A stretch of DNA of 64,000 nt from Candidatus Poribacteria bacterium (GCA_964291315.2 OZ219753.1:2080001-2144000), one strand, 5' to 3'; shown: positions 20,974 to 31,706, numbered from the stretch's first letter. Numbers and translations are program-made. The notes: generated from the sequence alone by a model not told the origin.

Positions 20974-23049
20974 CTAAAACGCATTTGCGACCCGGACGAG
21001 GTCTAGCACATTCACAACGCCATCCCTATTCAGATCGGGCGATGTGCCTCCCAACGCATTTGAAACAATCACTAAATCTAATATGTTGACGACACCGTCG
21101 CGGTTAATGTCTTCAGGCTGTAAGAAACGCTGCTGCTCACGGACTTCCTTAAGATACATTTCTCCGTCTAAATCAGGGATCGTGTGCCAGTGAGCGTTTA
21201 CTTTGCTATGCCAGCCTGTTGCCTTCTCTGGCAAGTAGATACTTCTCTCTTTGCCGCTGCGGTTGTAGACAGCCCAACCGTTAGTGAATTCACGGATAAA
21301 TAATCCATCTATTTTAACACCCCTCGGGGTTTTATACAACACGCCTTTCGTCTCATTCCCACCGATAGGACGACCCAGATCGGCATCCCAAAAATCATAC
21401 CAGATCTCAACTTTATTTGCAAGATGCGACGGCTTATGTTGCACACTGGTATATCCATCCGAAAAGGTGAGGCTTCGGGCTGTAAAGAGGCGCATCCATC
21501 TGATATTATCAGGACTATCTGGCGCTTGACTAGGAATTAACTTGACTTCTGACCAATTGAGCTGTGGAGTCCGCATCTTTTTTTCAAAATGTAGGAGAGC
21601 TGCTTCGGTGTCTTGAAGTGTTTTATAACTATATCCTATAGAAGTGGGTTCCGGCATTTCGTTTGCACTTCCGTTCACATACTCAACAAGAGCACCCACA
21701 TTTTCGATAGAGGATCCATTGATAACGATTAAAAAGTTGTCTCTCGTATGTTCTCGTATCTGCTGCAAAATTCTAATTTTGGCTGCGATAATCTCCGAAT
21801 CTGTTGCGGGATCCAAATGGCGCCACGCCCAACCGATATGTTCATCAAAGGCTAGCCCGTCGTAAAGTCCACAACCTGCAATTTTGACATACTTCTCGAC
21901 AAGTTTTTCCTGAGCGGAAGGGTTTGTAATATCAAATAGATATTCCTTCCATTCGCCACCTCCTCCATAGCCAAATACCTGTTCACCGTTCTCATCTCTT
22001 AAATAGACATCAGAATCGATGGGAAATTCGGTTCCGTCTCCGTAGGACATTCTTGCAGGATAAAAAAAGAGGAGGTCTGGATTCCGTTCTCGGAGCTGTC
22101 GGTGTAATATCTCTGATGTCTCCAAATTACCAGAGATAAAAATGGAGAGACCGTTTCCTCTTGCTTTCAAGGGAAATTCGGGTGCCCAGATATAATCGTA
22201 TCGACTGACTTTTTCGAGAGAACCTCTATGGGGCCACAAAGCAACGGAAGGAAAAGCCCTATTCTGAATTTTTTCAACGGAGGGTGTTAAAGGGTCAACC
22301 TCACACGTGGCATCGTATTCAAATCGTGTGAGATTCAATCCAGAGAGTGGACTGAAATCACCGATCGGATTATCGCGAAGAATTAATTCGCGAAGATGCG
22401 TCAACGTCTTGAGTGGAGATACATCTGTAATCTGACAGGCTTGTAAATTTAAATGCTCTAAAATCGTCAGCCCCGTCACTGGAGAAAGATCCGATATCGA
22501 ATTGTGTGCGAGTACGAGAAACTTGAGGTTTTTCAATCCTGCTAGTGGGGAAATATCCGCTATTTGGTTGCAGCAAAGATCTAAATGCTCTAAGTTTACG
22601 AGAGCTGCTAGTAAGCTTACGTCCCTGATCTGATTGAGTCCCAGATTTAAACCGACGAGTGCGCGCAGCTCAATTAAAGAAGATAGATCACTGATCTGAT
22701 TCCCAAACAGACTGATGTGCGATAATTTCGATAGGTGTTGAAGTGGACTTATATCTTGGATGTGATTACCACCTAAATCGAAATTTGTCAGGTTTAGCGC
22801 GAATTCCAAGCCCGATATGTTAGTAATGCCTTTATCCGTTGCATCAAGACTAGTCAACCAGATAATATTCTGTTTTGTTAGCGGAACAGGGGCTGGTAAT
22901 GCAAGGGTCTCTCGAACAGCTTCTCGCAATACTTCATCTGGCATCCAATCTTCCACATTTTCCGCATACACAAACGGGTTAGAGATGAATAATCCGAAAA
23001 TTGCAAACAAAAGCGGTTTCATGTAACACATAACAGTCTGTGTCTTCAT
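20974..23049 (-). CDS. exported leucine-rich-repeat protein with putative glycoside-hydrolase-like domain and C-terminal dockerin-like EF-hand repeats
   Basis: Signal peptide, ~8 internalin-type LRRs (NQISDLSPL), YDGLAFDE segment, DINRDGVVNILDLV-type repeat x2; start at MKTQT after AAGGA. Confidence 0.8.
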   Translation of the reverse strand: MKTQTVMCYMKPLLFAIFGLFISNPFVYAENVEDWMPDEVLREAVRETLALPAPVPLTKQNIIWLTSLDATDKGITNISGLEFALNLTNFDLGGNHIQDISPLQHLSKLSHISLFGNQISDLSSLIELRALVGLNLGLNQIRDVSLLAALVNLEHLDLCCNQIADISPLAGLKNLKFLVLAHNSISDLSPVTGLTILEHLNLQACQITDVSPLKTLTHLRELILRDNPIGDFSPLSGLNLTRFEYDATCEVDPLTPSVEKIQNRAFPSVALWPHRGSLEKVSRYDYIWAPEFPLKARGNGLSIFISGNLETSEILHRQLRERNPDLLFFYPARMSYGDGTEFPIDSDVYLRDENGEQVFGYGGGGEWKEYLFDITNPSAQEKLVEKYVKIAGCGLYDGLAFDEHIGWAWRHLDPATDSEIIAAKIRILQQIREHTRDNFLIVINGSSIENVGALVEYVNGSANEMPEPTSIGYSYKTLQDTEAALLHFEKKMRTPQLNWSEVKLIPSQAPDSPDNIRWMRLFTARSLTFSDGYTSVQHKPSHLANKVEIWYDFWDADLGRPIGGNETKGVLYKTPRGVKIDGLFIREFTNGWAVYNRSGKERSIYLPEKATGWHSKVNAHWHTIPDLDGEMYLKEVREQQRFLQPEDINRDGVVNILDLVIVSNALGGTSPDLNRDGVVNVLDLVRVANAF

Positions 23050-23102
23050 CTGTGTTTTCCTTTCTCTACCATATTCCGTCTTGATCTTTTTAGGCTGCGC
23101 CC

Positions 23103-26100
23103 TTAGGAACAGCCGCTTGTTGCGCCGCAATTAGCACAACGATAGCAAACCCCGCTTCTTACCATAAGGGCACCGCATTCGAGGCATGGTGGGGCATCTG
23201 CGTATTGCAGAACAATTTGTTTCTCGCGCTCAATCCAAGTCTCGGCTTCACCGTTGCTCCCATGTCCAAAAGGATGAAGCTCCTCAGGCGGGACCAGCTG
23301 TTCATCAAAATCTAGAGCATCCTGACTTTCTTGTGGTTCTGCAGAGAGAAACTTTTCGCCGAGCCATCGAAACACATAGTCCATAATAGACTTGGCCATT
23401 GGAATATTGGCGTTTGATGTGAAACCAGAGGGTTCAAATCGAACATGACTGAACTTATTGACGAGTGACTCCAACGGGACACCGTATTGTAAGGCAACAG
23501 AAGTGAGGATAGCAACGGAATCCATCAACCCAGAAATAACAGACCCTTCCTTGTTCATGCGGAGGAAGACTTCCCCAGGGCTCCCGTCCTCATAAAGTCC
23601 GACGTGTAGGTAACCTTCATGACCACCGATGCTGAATTTGTGAGCGATAGCGCGTCGCTCGTCTGGTAAACGTCGCCGAGTAGGGTGCTCAGGTGGAAGT
23701 TCTACAGGATCCTTGAGGGCAACACGAGTTCTCTCATCTTCGGTATCTTGTTGGCTTCGGGTAGAGAGCGGTTGACTGCCTTTGCTGCCGTCACGATACA
23801 CGGCAAGGCATTTAACACCGGTTCGCCATGCTTCCACATATAAGGTCTTGATGTCTTCTACAGTTGCATCATGAGGGACATTGACCGTCTTAGAAATAGC
23901 ACCGGAGATAAAAGGTTGAACGGCCGCCATCATCTTCAAGGGGCCCATGTGATTTATATAACGAGTTCCATATTTCCCACATTGAACAGCGCAATCGAAA
24001 ACAGGGTAGTGTGTGGCGGAGAGATGTGGTGCCCCTTCAACCGTACCTGTGCCGCAGATGACTTCTTCAGCGGTTGTGATCTCATCTTCATCAAATCCGA
24101 TCGTAGAGAGAAGGTTAAAATTCGGAGCTGCTGCCTCTTCCTCGGTTATACCTAATCGTTTGAGGCAGTCTTCACCAAGGAAACCGGGAGCGAAAGCGAG
24201 ATTTAAGTCAAATGCACTCGGTAAAGTTTCAGCAACGCGAGCGATGTCGGCTTGTGTGAAACCTTTCCGTTTCAGCGTTTCTGAATTGATATGGGGCGTT
24301 CCGTCAAAGGTACCGGTGCCGACCAGATATGTAATAATCGACTCGGTCTGCTGGAGAGTGTAACCAAGGTTATGCAAGGCATCGCGGACGCTCTGGTTAA
24401 CAATCTTCATGTATCCGCCGCCAGCGAGTTTCTTGAATTTAACGAGGGCAAATTCTGGTTCAATTCCGGTTGTGTCACAATCCATGAGGAAAGAGATAGT
24501 GCCTGTTGGTGCAATAACGCTGACTTGGGAATTCCGGTAGCCCCACTGCTCACCGGTTTGGAGACAGATATCCCAATCTGATTTCGCTGCGTCCAAAAGT
24601 TCCGGTGGACAAACAGCTTCATCAAGGGCGTAAGCAGCATCGCGGTGGAGTTGTATAACGTCTAACATCGGATCTCTATTATTAGCGTAACCGTTAAAAG
24701 TTCCGATACTTTTAGCGATTTCTGCGCTTGTGCGATAGCCATGTCCGGTCAGGATAGCGGTAATAGAGCCGGCATAAGCAACAGCTTGTGCACTATCGTA
24801 AGGAACCCCTAAGCGCATCAAGAGGGCACCAAGGTTAGCGTAGCCAAGTCCGAGTGGACGGTATTCATGAGAACGTTGTGCTATCTTTGCTGTTGGATAC
24901 GAAGAAAGATTCACTATAATTTCCATCGCGGTGATAAACACGCGAACTGTCGCGCGAAAACCTTCAATATCAAAGGTATTATCATCTGTCAAGAATTTAG
25001 CAAGGTTAATGCTGGCGAGGTTGCAAGCAGAATCGTCTAAGAAAAGGTACTCGCTACAAGGATTACTTGCATTAATCCTATCTGTATTTTTACAAGTATG
25101 CCATTTCTGAATAGTGCTGTCAAACTGAACGCCTGGGTCGGCACATGCCCATGCAGCATAGGTAATCTTTTCCATGAGGGTTCTAGCATCATACTCCTCA
25201 GCGACTTCCCCGGTTGTGCGATAGGTAGTTTTCCATGAATCACCTTGGAGATAAGCCCTCATAAAATCATCCGGAATCCTCACAGAGTTATTGCTATTCT
25301 GTCCGCTTACAGTGCTATATGCTTCACCGTTGAAGTCGGCTGGATACCCGGCAGCGATAAGTGCTTTTGCTTTATTTTCTTCTCTGAGTTTCCAGTCAAT
25401 ATAGTCAACAATTTCCGGATGGTCCATGTCGAGGATAACCATTTTTGCTGCGCGTCTCGTGGTACCCCCTGACTTAATGCTGCCGGCCCACCGATCAAAA
25501 CCTTCAAGGAAAGAGAGGACTCCGGAGCTTTCCCCGCCTCCGGAGAGGAGTTCACCCTTAGCACGAACTTGACTAAAATTAGAGCCGGTTCCACTGCCGT
25601 ATTTAAAGAGTCTGACTTCGGATTTCTGGAGGTCTAACATAGAGTCCAAGGAATCATCAACGCTTTGGATAAAACAGGCGGAGTTTTGCGGGTGCTCGTA
25701 CGCGTTCGTAGTGACTTGGACGCTTTTTTTATTCCGGTCCCAATAGTAGCTTCCGCCGCCGCCCTCAATATTATATTCATGCCATAAACCACAGTTAAAC
25801 CAAACGGGTGAGTTGAAAGCAGCGCGTTGTGTAGCTAGGATGTGTGTCAATTCCATCTCAAATGTCTGCGCGTCCTCAGCGGTGGCGAAATAGCCACCGA
25901 ACTCTTCACCTGCGCGGCGGAGCGTCCGTGCGACCCGGGTAACTAATTGACGGACGCTATCCTCTGCCCCTGTATCGGGAACCCCAGCTTTTCGGAAATA
26001 TTTTGATGCAGCAATATCTGTGGCAAGTTGGGTCCAGTTCGCTGGCACCTCAACCTGCTCCTGTTTAAAGATGACATCGCCCTTCTCATTGTAAATTATG

Positions 26101-26180
26101 GCATCACGTCGTTCCCACTCCAATAAGTCATAAGGATGAACATCTGGATTTGTAAAATAGGGCGTGAATGTAAGGCCCAT
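23103..26180 (-). CDS. nrdJ: adenosylcobalamin-dependent (class II) ribonucleotide reductase
   Basis: AFNSPVWFN, SACFI, ASNPCSEY, IAPTGTIS, TSCPD-like C-domain, terminal CxxC...CxxC...GCS; RBS GAGGGG before ATG 26180. Confidence 0.95.
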   Translation of the reverse strand: MGLTFTPYFTNPDVHPYDLLEWERRDAIIYNEKGDVIFKQEQVEVPANWTQLATDIAASKYFRKAGVPDTGAEDSVRQLVTRVARTLRRAGEEFGGYFATAEDAQTFEMELTHILATQRAAFNSPVWFNCGLWHEYNIEGGGGSYYWDRNKKSVQVTTNAYEHPQNSACFIQSVDDSLDSMLDLQKSEVRLFKYGSGTGSNFSQVRAKGELLSGGGESSGVLSFLEGFDRWAGSIKSGGTTRRAAKMVILDMDHPEIVDYIDWKLREENKAKALIAAGYPADFNGEAYSTVSGQNSNNSVRIPDDFMRAYLQGDSWKTTYRTTGEVAEEYDARTLMEKITYAAWACADPGVQFDSTIQKWHTCKNTDRINASNPCSEYLFLDDSACNLASINLAKFLTDDNTFDIEGFRATVRVFITAMEIIVNLSSYPTAKIAQRSHEYRPLGLGYANLGALLMRLGVPYDSAQAVAYAGSITAILTGHGYRTSAEIAKSIGTFNGYANNRDPMLDVIQLHRDAAYALDEAVCPPELLDAAKSDWDICLQTGEQWGYRNSQVSVIAPTGTISFLMDCDTTGIEPEFALVKFKKLAGGGYMKIVNQSVRDALHNLGYTLQQTESIITYLVGTGTFDGTPHINSETLKRKGFTQADIARVAETLPSAFDLNLAFAPGFLGEDCLKRLGITEEEAAAPNFNLLSTIGFDEDEITTAEEVICGTGTVEGAPHLSATHYPVFDCAVQCGKYGTRYINHMGPLKMMAAVQPFISGAISKTVNVPHDATVEDIKTLYVEAWRTGVKCLAVYRDGSKGSQPLSTRSQQDTEDERTRVALKDPVELPPEHPTRRRLPDERRAIAHKFSIGGHEGYLHVGLYEDGSPGEVFLRMNKEGSVISGLMDSVAILTSVALQYGVPLESLVNKFSHVRFEPSGFTSNANIPMAKSIMDYVFRWLGEKFLSAEPQESQDALDFDEQLVPPEELHPFGHGSNGEAETWIEREKQIVLQYADAPPCLECGALMVRSGVCYRCANCGATSGCS

Positions 26181-26348
26181 TCGATCCCCCTCGTTGGAAT
26201 TCTTCGGAAAAGTTATCTCTCCGTCAACTGTCATATCGACCTCTTCTTAGCTGTTGATGTGTTTGAAAAAATATTAACAAACCGATTTAGTATGATAATG
26301 TGTGTATAGACACACGTACAATTATAAAGGATTCCTATTAGTTTAGAA

Positions 26349-27623
26349 TTAACCTTCAACGATAATTCTATGATACCGTTTTTTGCCTGCTCGAAGCAGT
26401 AATGTGCTCTCCTCAATCAGATTCGTATCAACCACCGTGTCTATAGCATGACGCTGTTTCTCGTTGATGTAGGCACCGCCCTGCTGAACAAGGCGTCGTG
26501 CTTCACTGCGGGAACCCGCCAGTCCAACCTCATGGAACAGTTCTATGATCGGAATACCTCTCTCAAGCCGCTCAGATACAATAATGGTGGTAGGCATTGC
26601 GATATCGTCAAGGTTACCGCCGCCAAATGCTGCACGCGCCGCCGCGCGCGCCTTGCCTGCTTCCCCCTTTCCATGTGCAAGTTTCGTGGTTTCATAAGCA
26701 AGGACTTCCTTCGCCTCCCGAATCGCAGCATCCTTTAAATTTCCAAGCCGCCGGACTTCGTCCATCGGAAGAAAAGTGAAATAGGCCAAAAATCGAGCGA
26801 CATCTCGGTCATCAGTGTTAATCCAATACTGATAAAATTCATAAGGGGACGTGCGTTGAGCATCGAGCCAAACTGCACCGCCTGCGGTTTTCCCCATTTT
26901 CGCCCCGCTGGCGGTAGTGAGCAATGGAAAGGTGACAGCATGCACGCGTTCGCCTTCAATCCTGCGGATGAGTTCGACACCGGCAAGAATATTGCCCCAC
27001 TGATCGTCCCCGCCGAGTTGGAGGCAGCATCCATATTTTTGGAAGAGATGCAGATAATCGTACGCTTGGAGCAATTGATAGTTGAATTCAAGGAATGATA
27101 GTCCAAGCTCACGTTCAAGACGTTGCCGATATCCTTCTGCCCGAATCATCTCATTCACTCGGAAGTGCTTGCCAATGTCACGTAGAAATTCGACGTAATT
27201 GACAGCGAGCAACCAATCGGCATTGTTGAGAAATCCACCCGGTTTTGAGGCGATTTTCGAATCGCTAACACCGACTATTCCATTGTTAAGATTTAAATAA
27301 CGTTGGAGCTGCACAAGAATTCCTCTACCGTTGGTTGCAATTTGCTCCTGTGATAACATCGGGCGCATCTCGGTTTTGTCAGTCGGATCACCAATCATAG
27401 TTGTACCGCCACCAATGATCGCGATCGGTCTATGGCCCGCGCGCTGCAGGTGCGCCATCGCCATTATTGGGACAAGACTTCCGACGTGCAGGCTCGTTGC
27501 TGTTGCATCAAAGCCGACATAGTAAGTAACTTGTTCTTCAGATAGGAGGTGTGCGACCTGTTCCGCATTGGTAGTCTGTTTGATAAAACCGCGTTCATTC
27601 AGGGTTTCAAAGACGTTATGCAT
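26349..27623 (-). CDS. tyrS: tyrosyl-tRNA synthetase
   Basis: YVGFDATATSLHVGS (HIGH-like), QLGGDDQWGN, KMGKT, C-terminal S4 domain. Confidence 0.97.
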   Translation of the reverse strand: MHNVFETLNERGFIKQTTNAEQVAHLLSEEQVTYYVGFDATATSLHVGSLVPIMAMAHLQRAGHRPIAIIGGGTTMIGDPTDKTEMRPMLSQEQIATNGRGILVQLQRYLNLNNGIVGVSDSKIASKPGGFLNNADWLLAVNYVEFLRDIGKHFRVNEMIRAEGYRQRLERELGLSFLEFNYQLLQAYDYLHLFQKYGCCLQLGGDDQWGNILAGVELIRRIEGERVHAVTFPLLTTASGAKMGKTAGGAVWLDAQRTSPYEFYQYWINTDDRDVARFLAYFTFLPMDEVRRLGNLKDAAIREAKEVLAYETTKLAHGKGEAGKARAAARAAFGGGNLDDIAMPTTIIVSERLERGIPIIELFHEVGLAGSRSEARRLVQQGGAYINEKQRHAIDTVVDTNLIEESTLLLRAGKKRYHRIIVEG

Positions 27624-28163
27624 TTCTTATCCTATTACAACTCATAATTTAGTTTTTGCAGAATTTGAGAAGCACTGTTCACATCGATATATTGGAAATT
27701 TACGAACGGCAGCCCACAGTAAATTGTTTGCAAACCTAATAAACAAGGGACACAATAGAGGAGTTAATAGTAAATTTCTCCTAGCAATTTAAGACAGAAA
27801 TTGGAAAAAGGAGCTCTTAGCGAAACATATTTGCTCCACATATTATATAGAATTTTTATGTCTTTTCGCAAATTATTCTCTTGATGTTTTTAAGGTTTGC
27901 CAATGTTTGGGGATTCGTTAAGGGCAACATCAAGGCATCTGCACCTTAGCAGTTCAATTACAGATCCGTCCAAATGTTCGCCTATAGTAGTTACCCTGCT
28001 CTGAAAAGTAAGTTACTTTCTGGATGTTAGATAGGTGTGTGCCGCAACAGATGACATGGGTATTTTCGAATATCTCGCTTCAGATGCTAAATTGAATCCG
28101 AATTACGCTTTAATTTTGTGCCGATACCGAGATGGAAACCGGCATTACAAGTAAAAAACATGT

Positions 28164-28898
28164 CTACTCTTCTTCCCTTTCCGCATAAGAATGTCCGCTG
28201 AAAATTGCGCGTATTTGCTCAGCTGTCTTTGGCCCCGAGAGCAACTTCGCAATTCGATCACCCTCTTCTTTCAACAAAGCTTTGACGTTTGTCAGCACTG
28301 CTTCGAGTTTGTCCCCCGGAAACTTACAGGCACCATTCTCATCCATATGGATAATTTCCCCCGGGGCTACATCCATACCTGCTATTGAGACCGGGACGTT
28401 GACAGCCTGAATCTCCATTGCGCCGTGTCCTGGGGTAATACCGCTTAGCAGGTATTGAAATTCCATTGGTCGGATTTCGTCAATGTCGCGGGATGGTCCA
28501 TTTGATATGGCACCGAGGCAGCCGACTGCTTTCATCGCTGCTGTCATATTGCCCCCAGCTAAGCCGACCTTGTTCTTGAATTCAGGAGGAAACTTCTGCT
28601 GAAACGCCAGAATCGTGGGCTTCTTAGAGGTGCCTAACGCATCAATAACATCCATAAAAGAGAACCCGGGATAGTTAGGGTCAGGCACGCCGTAAACGCA
28701 TGTCACTGCATAGCCTGCGACAGCACCGAGTTCAGGATACATGCAGCGGATAGTTGTATCCGTATACCAATTTTCTGTCCACGGATTGTAAAGTCCGAGG
28801 CAGAGCGGACTTGTTGGATACGTAGCGACTACATTCGTAATAGACGGAGTATCATATTCACGAAGTTCTGCCAACATTTCCTGTTTTGTTCCTGCCAT
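28164..28898 (-). CDS. RraA family / HMG aldolase-like protein
   Basis: DTPSITN, GYAVT, GGNM, NGPSRDIDE, PGEIIHMDENG. Confidence 0.85.
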   Translation of the reverse strand: MAGTKQEMLAELREYDTPSITNVVATYPTSPLCLGLYNPWTENWYTDTTIRCMYPELGAVAGYAVTCVYGVPDPNYPGFSFMDVIDALGTSKKPTILAFQQKFPPEFKNKVGLAGGNMTAAMKAVGCLGAISNGPSRDIDEIRPMEFQYLLSGITPGHGAMEIQAVNVPVSIAGMDVAPGEIIHMDENGACKFPGDKLEAVLTNVKALLKEEGDRIAKLLSGPKTAEQIRAIFSGHSYAEREEE

Positions 28899-29006
28899 AT
28901 TGATTTTCCTTTTTAGTTATCAGAAATTCTTAAAGAGACTTTCTGATGGACAAGCTTCTTCTTTTACTGATTGCCCAGATCGAATTGCCTTGAGAGTTGA
29001 TAGCCA

Positions 29007-29885
29007 TTAGACGGGCATTGTCCTCCCGGCATACGCTCGTCCAATGCGAGCAGCTTCTTCACCGCCCCCGGTAATTTGGACACCAGCGTCAATACTCTCT
29101 TTAATTGTATCAGGTGACGTACTCTCCAAAAACTTAATGCCAGCAGCTTGGCATGCAGCAAAGACGCGATTTCGGGCATCTTCCAATTCTTGTGGACGCG
29201 GGGTCGGCGGGTTCATGTAACCAAAGGACATACTCATATCCCCGGGGCCCCATTCTGCGAAAGCGATGCCTGGGACCTGCGCGGTAACCTCAACATTTAC
29301 TAACGCTCGCCTGTTTTCAAATTTGAGTCCGAGCAGGAGTTCACCCTTAGGATTAAGTGGCCACGGATCAGCGACCTCAAGATATTCATTAGCAGAGATC
29401 CCCCAGATAGGTGCAGCGGAGGCCTGGCCTGCGGAGCCGCGCCGCCCGACTTCAAGTTGTGTACCGACCCCAACAGTCTGGAAAGGGTACCGGCAGGCTT
29501 CAACAAATGCCTTGACCGCTTCCGGAGATTCCGCATGGCAGAGTAGAAGCCCATGCACGCCGCGTGCAAGCAGCTGCCGCATCTGCCAACCGTTGGCTCG
29601 AATTACATCGGCACTGATACCATCAACCGGTAGCTCAACAATCACAGCTGGGGTTGTATGTCCGCTGTTTGTTGGACCGCCATCAACCAGTCCCCGCATG
29701 AAGTTATCCAATCCAGTGAGATCGAAACTTCCGTGCTCCATACCAATGTTAATATAGTCTGCCCACGTTTCTGCCATTGCGCGTCCGGCATCATAGTCCA
29801 GATCCGCGCCTGTGTGACTGCCAGTGTAGAAAACTGGCAGATCATTTTCGAGCAGCTCTATCGCTTTATTAATGCGTTTTGGCAT
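29007..29885 (-). CDS. HpcH/HpaI aldolase/citrate lyase family protein
   Basis: MEHG, EWGPGDMSMSFG motifs; AAGGAG RBS before ATG 29885. Confidence 0.8.
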   Translation of the reverse strand: MPKRINKAIELLENDLPVFYTGSHTGADLDYDAGRAMAETWADYINIGMEHGSFDLTGLDNFMRGLVDGGPTNSGHTTPAVIVELPVDGISADVIRANGWQMRQLLARGVHGLLLCHAESPEAVKAFVEACRYPFQTVGVGTQLEVGRRGSAGQASAAPIWGISANEYLEVADPWPLNPKGELLLGLKFENRRALVNVEVTAQVPGIAFAEWGPGDMSMSFGYMNPPTPRPQELEDARNRVFAACQAAGIKFLESTSPDTIKESIDAGVQITGGGEEAARIGRAYAGRTMPV

Positions 29886-29960
29886 TCCCGTTCTCCTTGC
29901 TAACGTGTAAAATACAAAAAAGGTGGATCGCTTTTGAGCTATCTTCACCCAATTATGTAA

Positions 29961-30070
29961 AGATTATACGAAATTTAGGAATATGTCAACGAATTTTTTC
30001 AAATATGTGGAGTGTCGTAAAAACAAAAAATTTTGAGATTATTGACAAACCTAAAAGAATTAAGTAGACT
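29961..30070. promoter_or_regulatory. divergent pair of sigma70-type promoters
   Basis: Minus TTGACA-17-TAATCT (29961-29989) toward the aldolase; plus TTGACA-17-TAGACT (30042-30070) toward the ECF operon. Confidence 0.55.
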
Positions 30071-30440
30071 AAAGAATGGGATTCGGCATCAAAATTTTCT
30101 GCAAGGAGCTATTAGGATTGTGAAAGCAATTGCAGTTAAATTACTGCCAGATGAACACCGCCCAAAATAATTGTGGATGATTAGAAAGAGCCGAATTCAC
30201 GAAAGTAGAAAAGGAATCCTCGTGAACGGATTTCTATGCCTACAGGCCCCAACAGATTCACACAAAAACGACGCTATTCCCGTCGTCCACGCTGTCGGAG
30301 ATTATTCGCGATTTAGCAAAAGGTGGACAGAAGCTAAACAGCCACTGCCCAACCCCCTTTGTAAATATATACAAACGCCTGGGATAGGCACAGGTTACAT
30401 TGTAAACTACACCTGTATTTATGAGATATTTTTTGAAAAG

Positions 30441-30470
30441 TGCAACTTTTTTTCAACTCGTTTGTAGTTA
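30441..30470 (+). promoter_or_regulatory. possible autoregulatory ECF promoter
   Basis: TGCAAC followed by T-tract and GTAG ~17 nt later, 30 nt upstream of the ECF sigma start; resembles AAC/-10 ECF promoters. Confidence 0.35.
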
Positions 30471-30500
30471 TGGTAACCTCAAAACGGGCGGTGTTGCAAT

Positions 30501-31034
30501 ATGAACGAAGACAAATTCCTTGAGATGGTTCACGAACACAAGACTCAAATTTATCAGCACGCCCTTTATCTGCTCAGAAACCGAGAAGATGCAGAAGATA
30601 TAACACAGGAAACGTTCATAAAAGCGTGGGAAAATCGCGACAAGCTACGTCTGAACACTGCGCGTCCATGGCTGCTCAAATGCGCGCAGAATCTCTGTTT
30701 CAATCTGCTAAGGCGGCGGAAATTTCAGGAACCTTTAACAGAAGGTGATGAAGCGGAACTGGAGACGCTACTACACAAGCATACACACCGATCAAACCCA
30801 TCTCCTGATGAAATTGCTATCAAGCAAGAGCTCAAAGTATCAGTACATTGCGCGATCGGTAAACTGCCCCCAGAGATGCGATCGGTGATAATTATGCGGG
30901 AATTGGAAGGCATGAGTTTCAAGGAGATCGCGGAGGTATTAGAACAACCCGAAGGTACTGTGAAATCAACTGTATTCCGGGCCCGCAAGAAGTTGCGTGA
31001 ATTATTGCGACCCTACTGGAGAAGTAACGAATGA
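30501..31034 (+). CDS. ECF RNA polymerase sigma factor
   Basis: DAEDITQETFIKAW region 2; SFKEIAEVL..PEGTVKS..FRAR region 4. Confidence 0.95.
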   Translation: MNEDKFLEMVHEHKTQIYQHALYLLRNREDAEDITQETFIKAWENRDKLRLNTARPWLLKCAQNLCFNLLRRRKFQEPLTEGDEAELETLLHKHTHRSNPSPDEIAIKQELKVSVHCAIGKLPPEMRSVIIMRELEGMSFKEIAEVLEQPEGTVKSTVFRARKKLRELLRPYWRSNE

Positions 31035-31588
31035 ATAAATTTTCTCACCCTCAAGATGCATCTTGTTTGCAGGTTCATAACACTTTAGAAGCATATCTTG
31101 CGGATGAATTAGATGCCAACACACATGCGAAAATAGAAGCACATATTGCATTTTGCCCAACGTGCCGAGATGAAGTTCACTTTGCGAAAACAATTGGCAA
31201 AACATTACAAGAACTCCCAAGACCTGAGCCACCGCAGGCGGTCTTCGATGCGGTTGAAGCTTATGTCCGAGCGCACCCAGGCAAGCGTGAAAAATGGTGG
31301 CATCGGTTATTTCGGTTATCTACACCGTCGAATAATCCGATTTTATCGCTTGTTCGATCAGGTGCATTGGTATGTCTGTTTGGAATTGCCGCGTTTAGTA
31401 TCCATCAATATCAGCAGCATCAAGAGATCGTGCAAGCTTCCATGGACCTTGATTATGCGATTAGTAAGTTAAATTACGCAGTAGAAAGGACCGGCATTGT
31501 CGTTAGAGAAAAACTCCCGAATGTCCAGATTGATGAGGCTTCCCGTCGCCGTTTGCTCAAATTGAAGAAACCTCAAGCCGGGTCCTGA
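31031..31588 (+). CDS. zinc-finger (zf-HC2) transmembrane anti-sigma factor, possible 3' frameshift
   Basis: HIAFCPTC (HxxxCxxC), one TM; ATGA overlap with the sigma gene. Confidence 0.85.
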   Translation: MNKFSHPQDASCLQVHNTLEAYLADELDANTHAKIEAHIAFCPTCRDEVHFAKTIGKTLQELPRPEPPQAVFDAVEAYVRAHPGKREKWWHRLFRLSTPSNNPILSLVRSGALVCLFGIAAFSIHQYQQHQEIVQASMDLDYAISKLNYAVERTGIVVREKLPNVQIDEASRRRLLKLKKPQAGS

Positions 31589-31706
31589 AACAGAAACGAG
31601 ATATTTCATCTGCGATTCACAGTAGTTTGGACAGCCTTAACTAGTTATTGAAAAATGCTTCGGATGCGGAGCACGATCAAAGCTCACAACAGAAAGGAAG
31701 AACGCC

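Noticed and set aside
23050-23130. Apparent overlap of the LRR ORF with nrdJ
   Set aside because: Artefact of longest-ORF calling; RBS and signal peptide support a start at 23049
23103-26340. Intein in nrdJ, or an upstream cobalamin riboswitch / NrdR boxes
   Set aside because: No intein terminal HN-C/S/T or LAGLIDADG motifs seen; the short upstream region has no convincing match
27624-28163. T-box leader upstream of tyrS
   Set aside because: No GGTGGNACCGCG T-box sequence or terminator/antiterminator found
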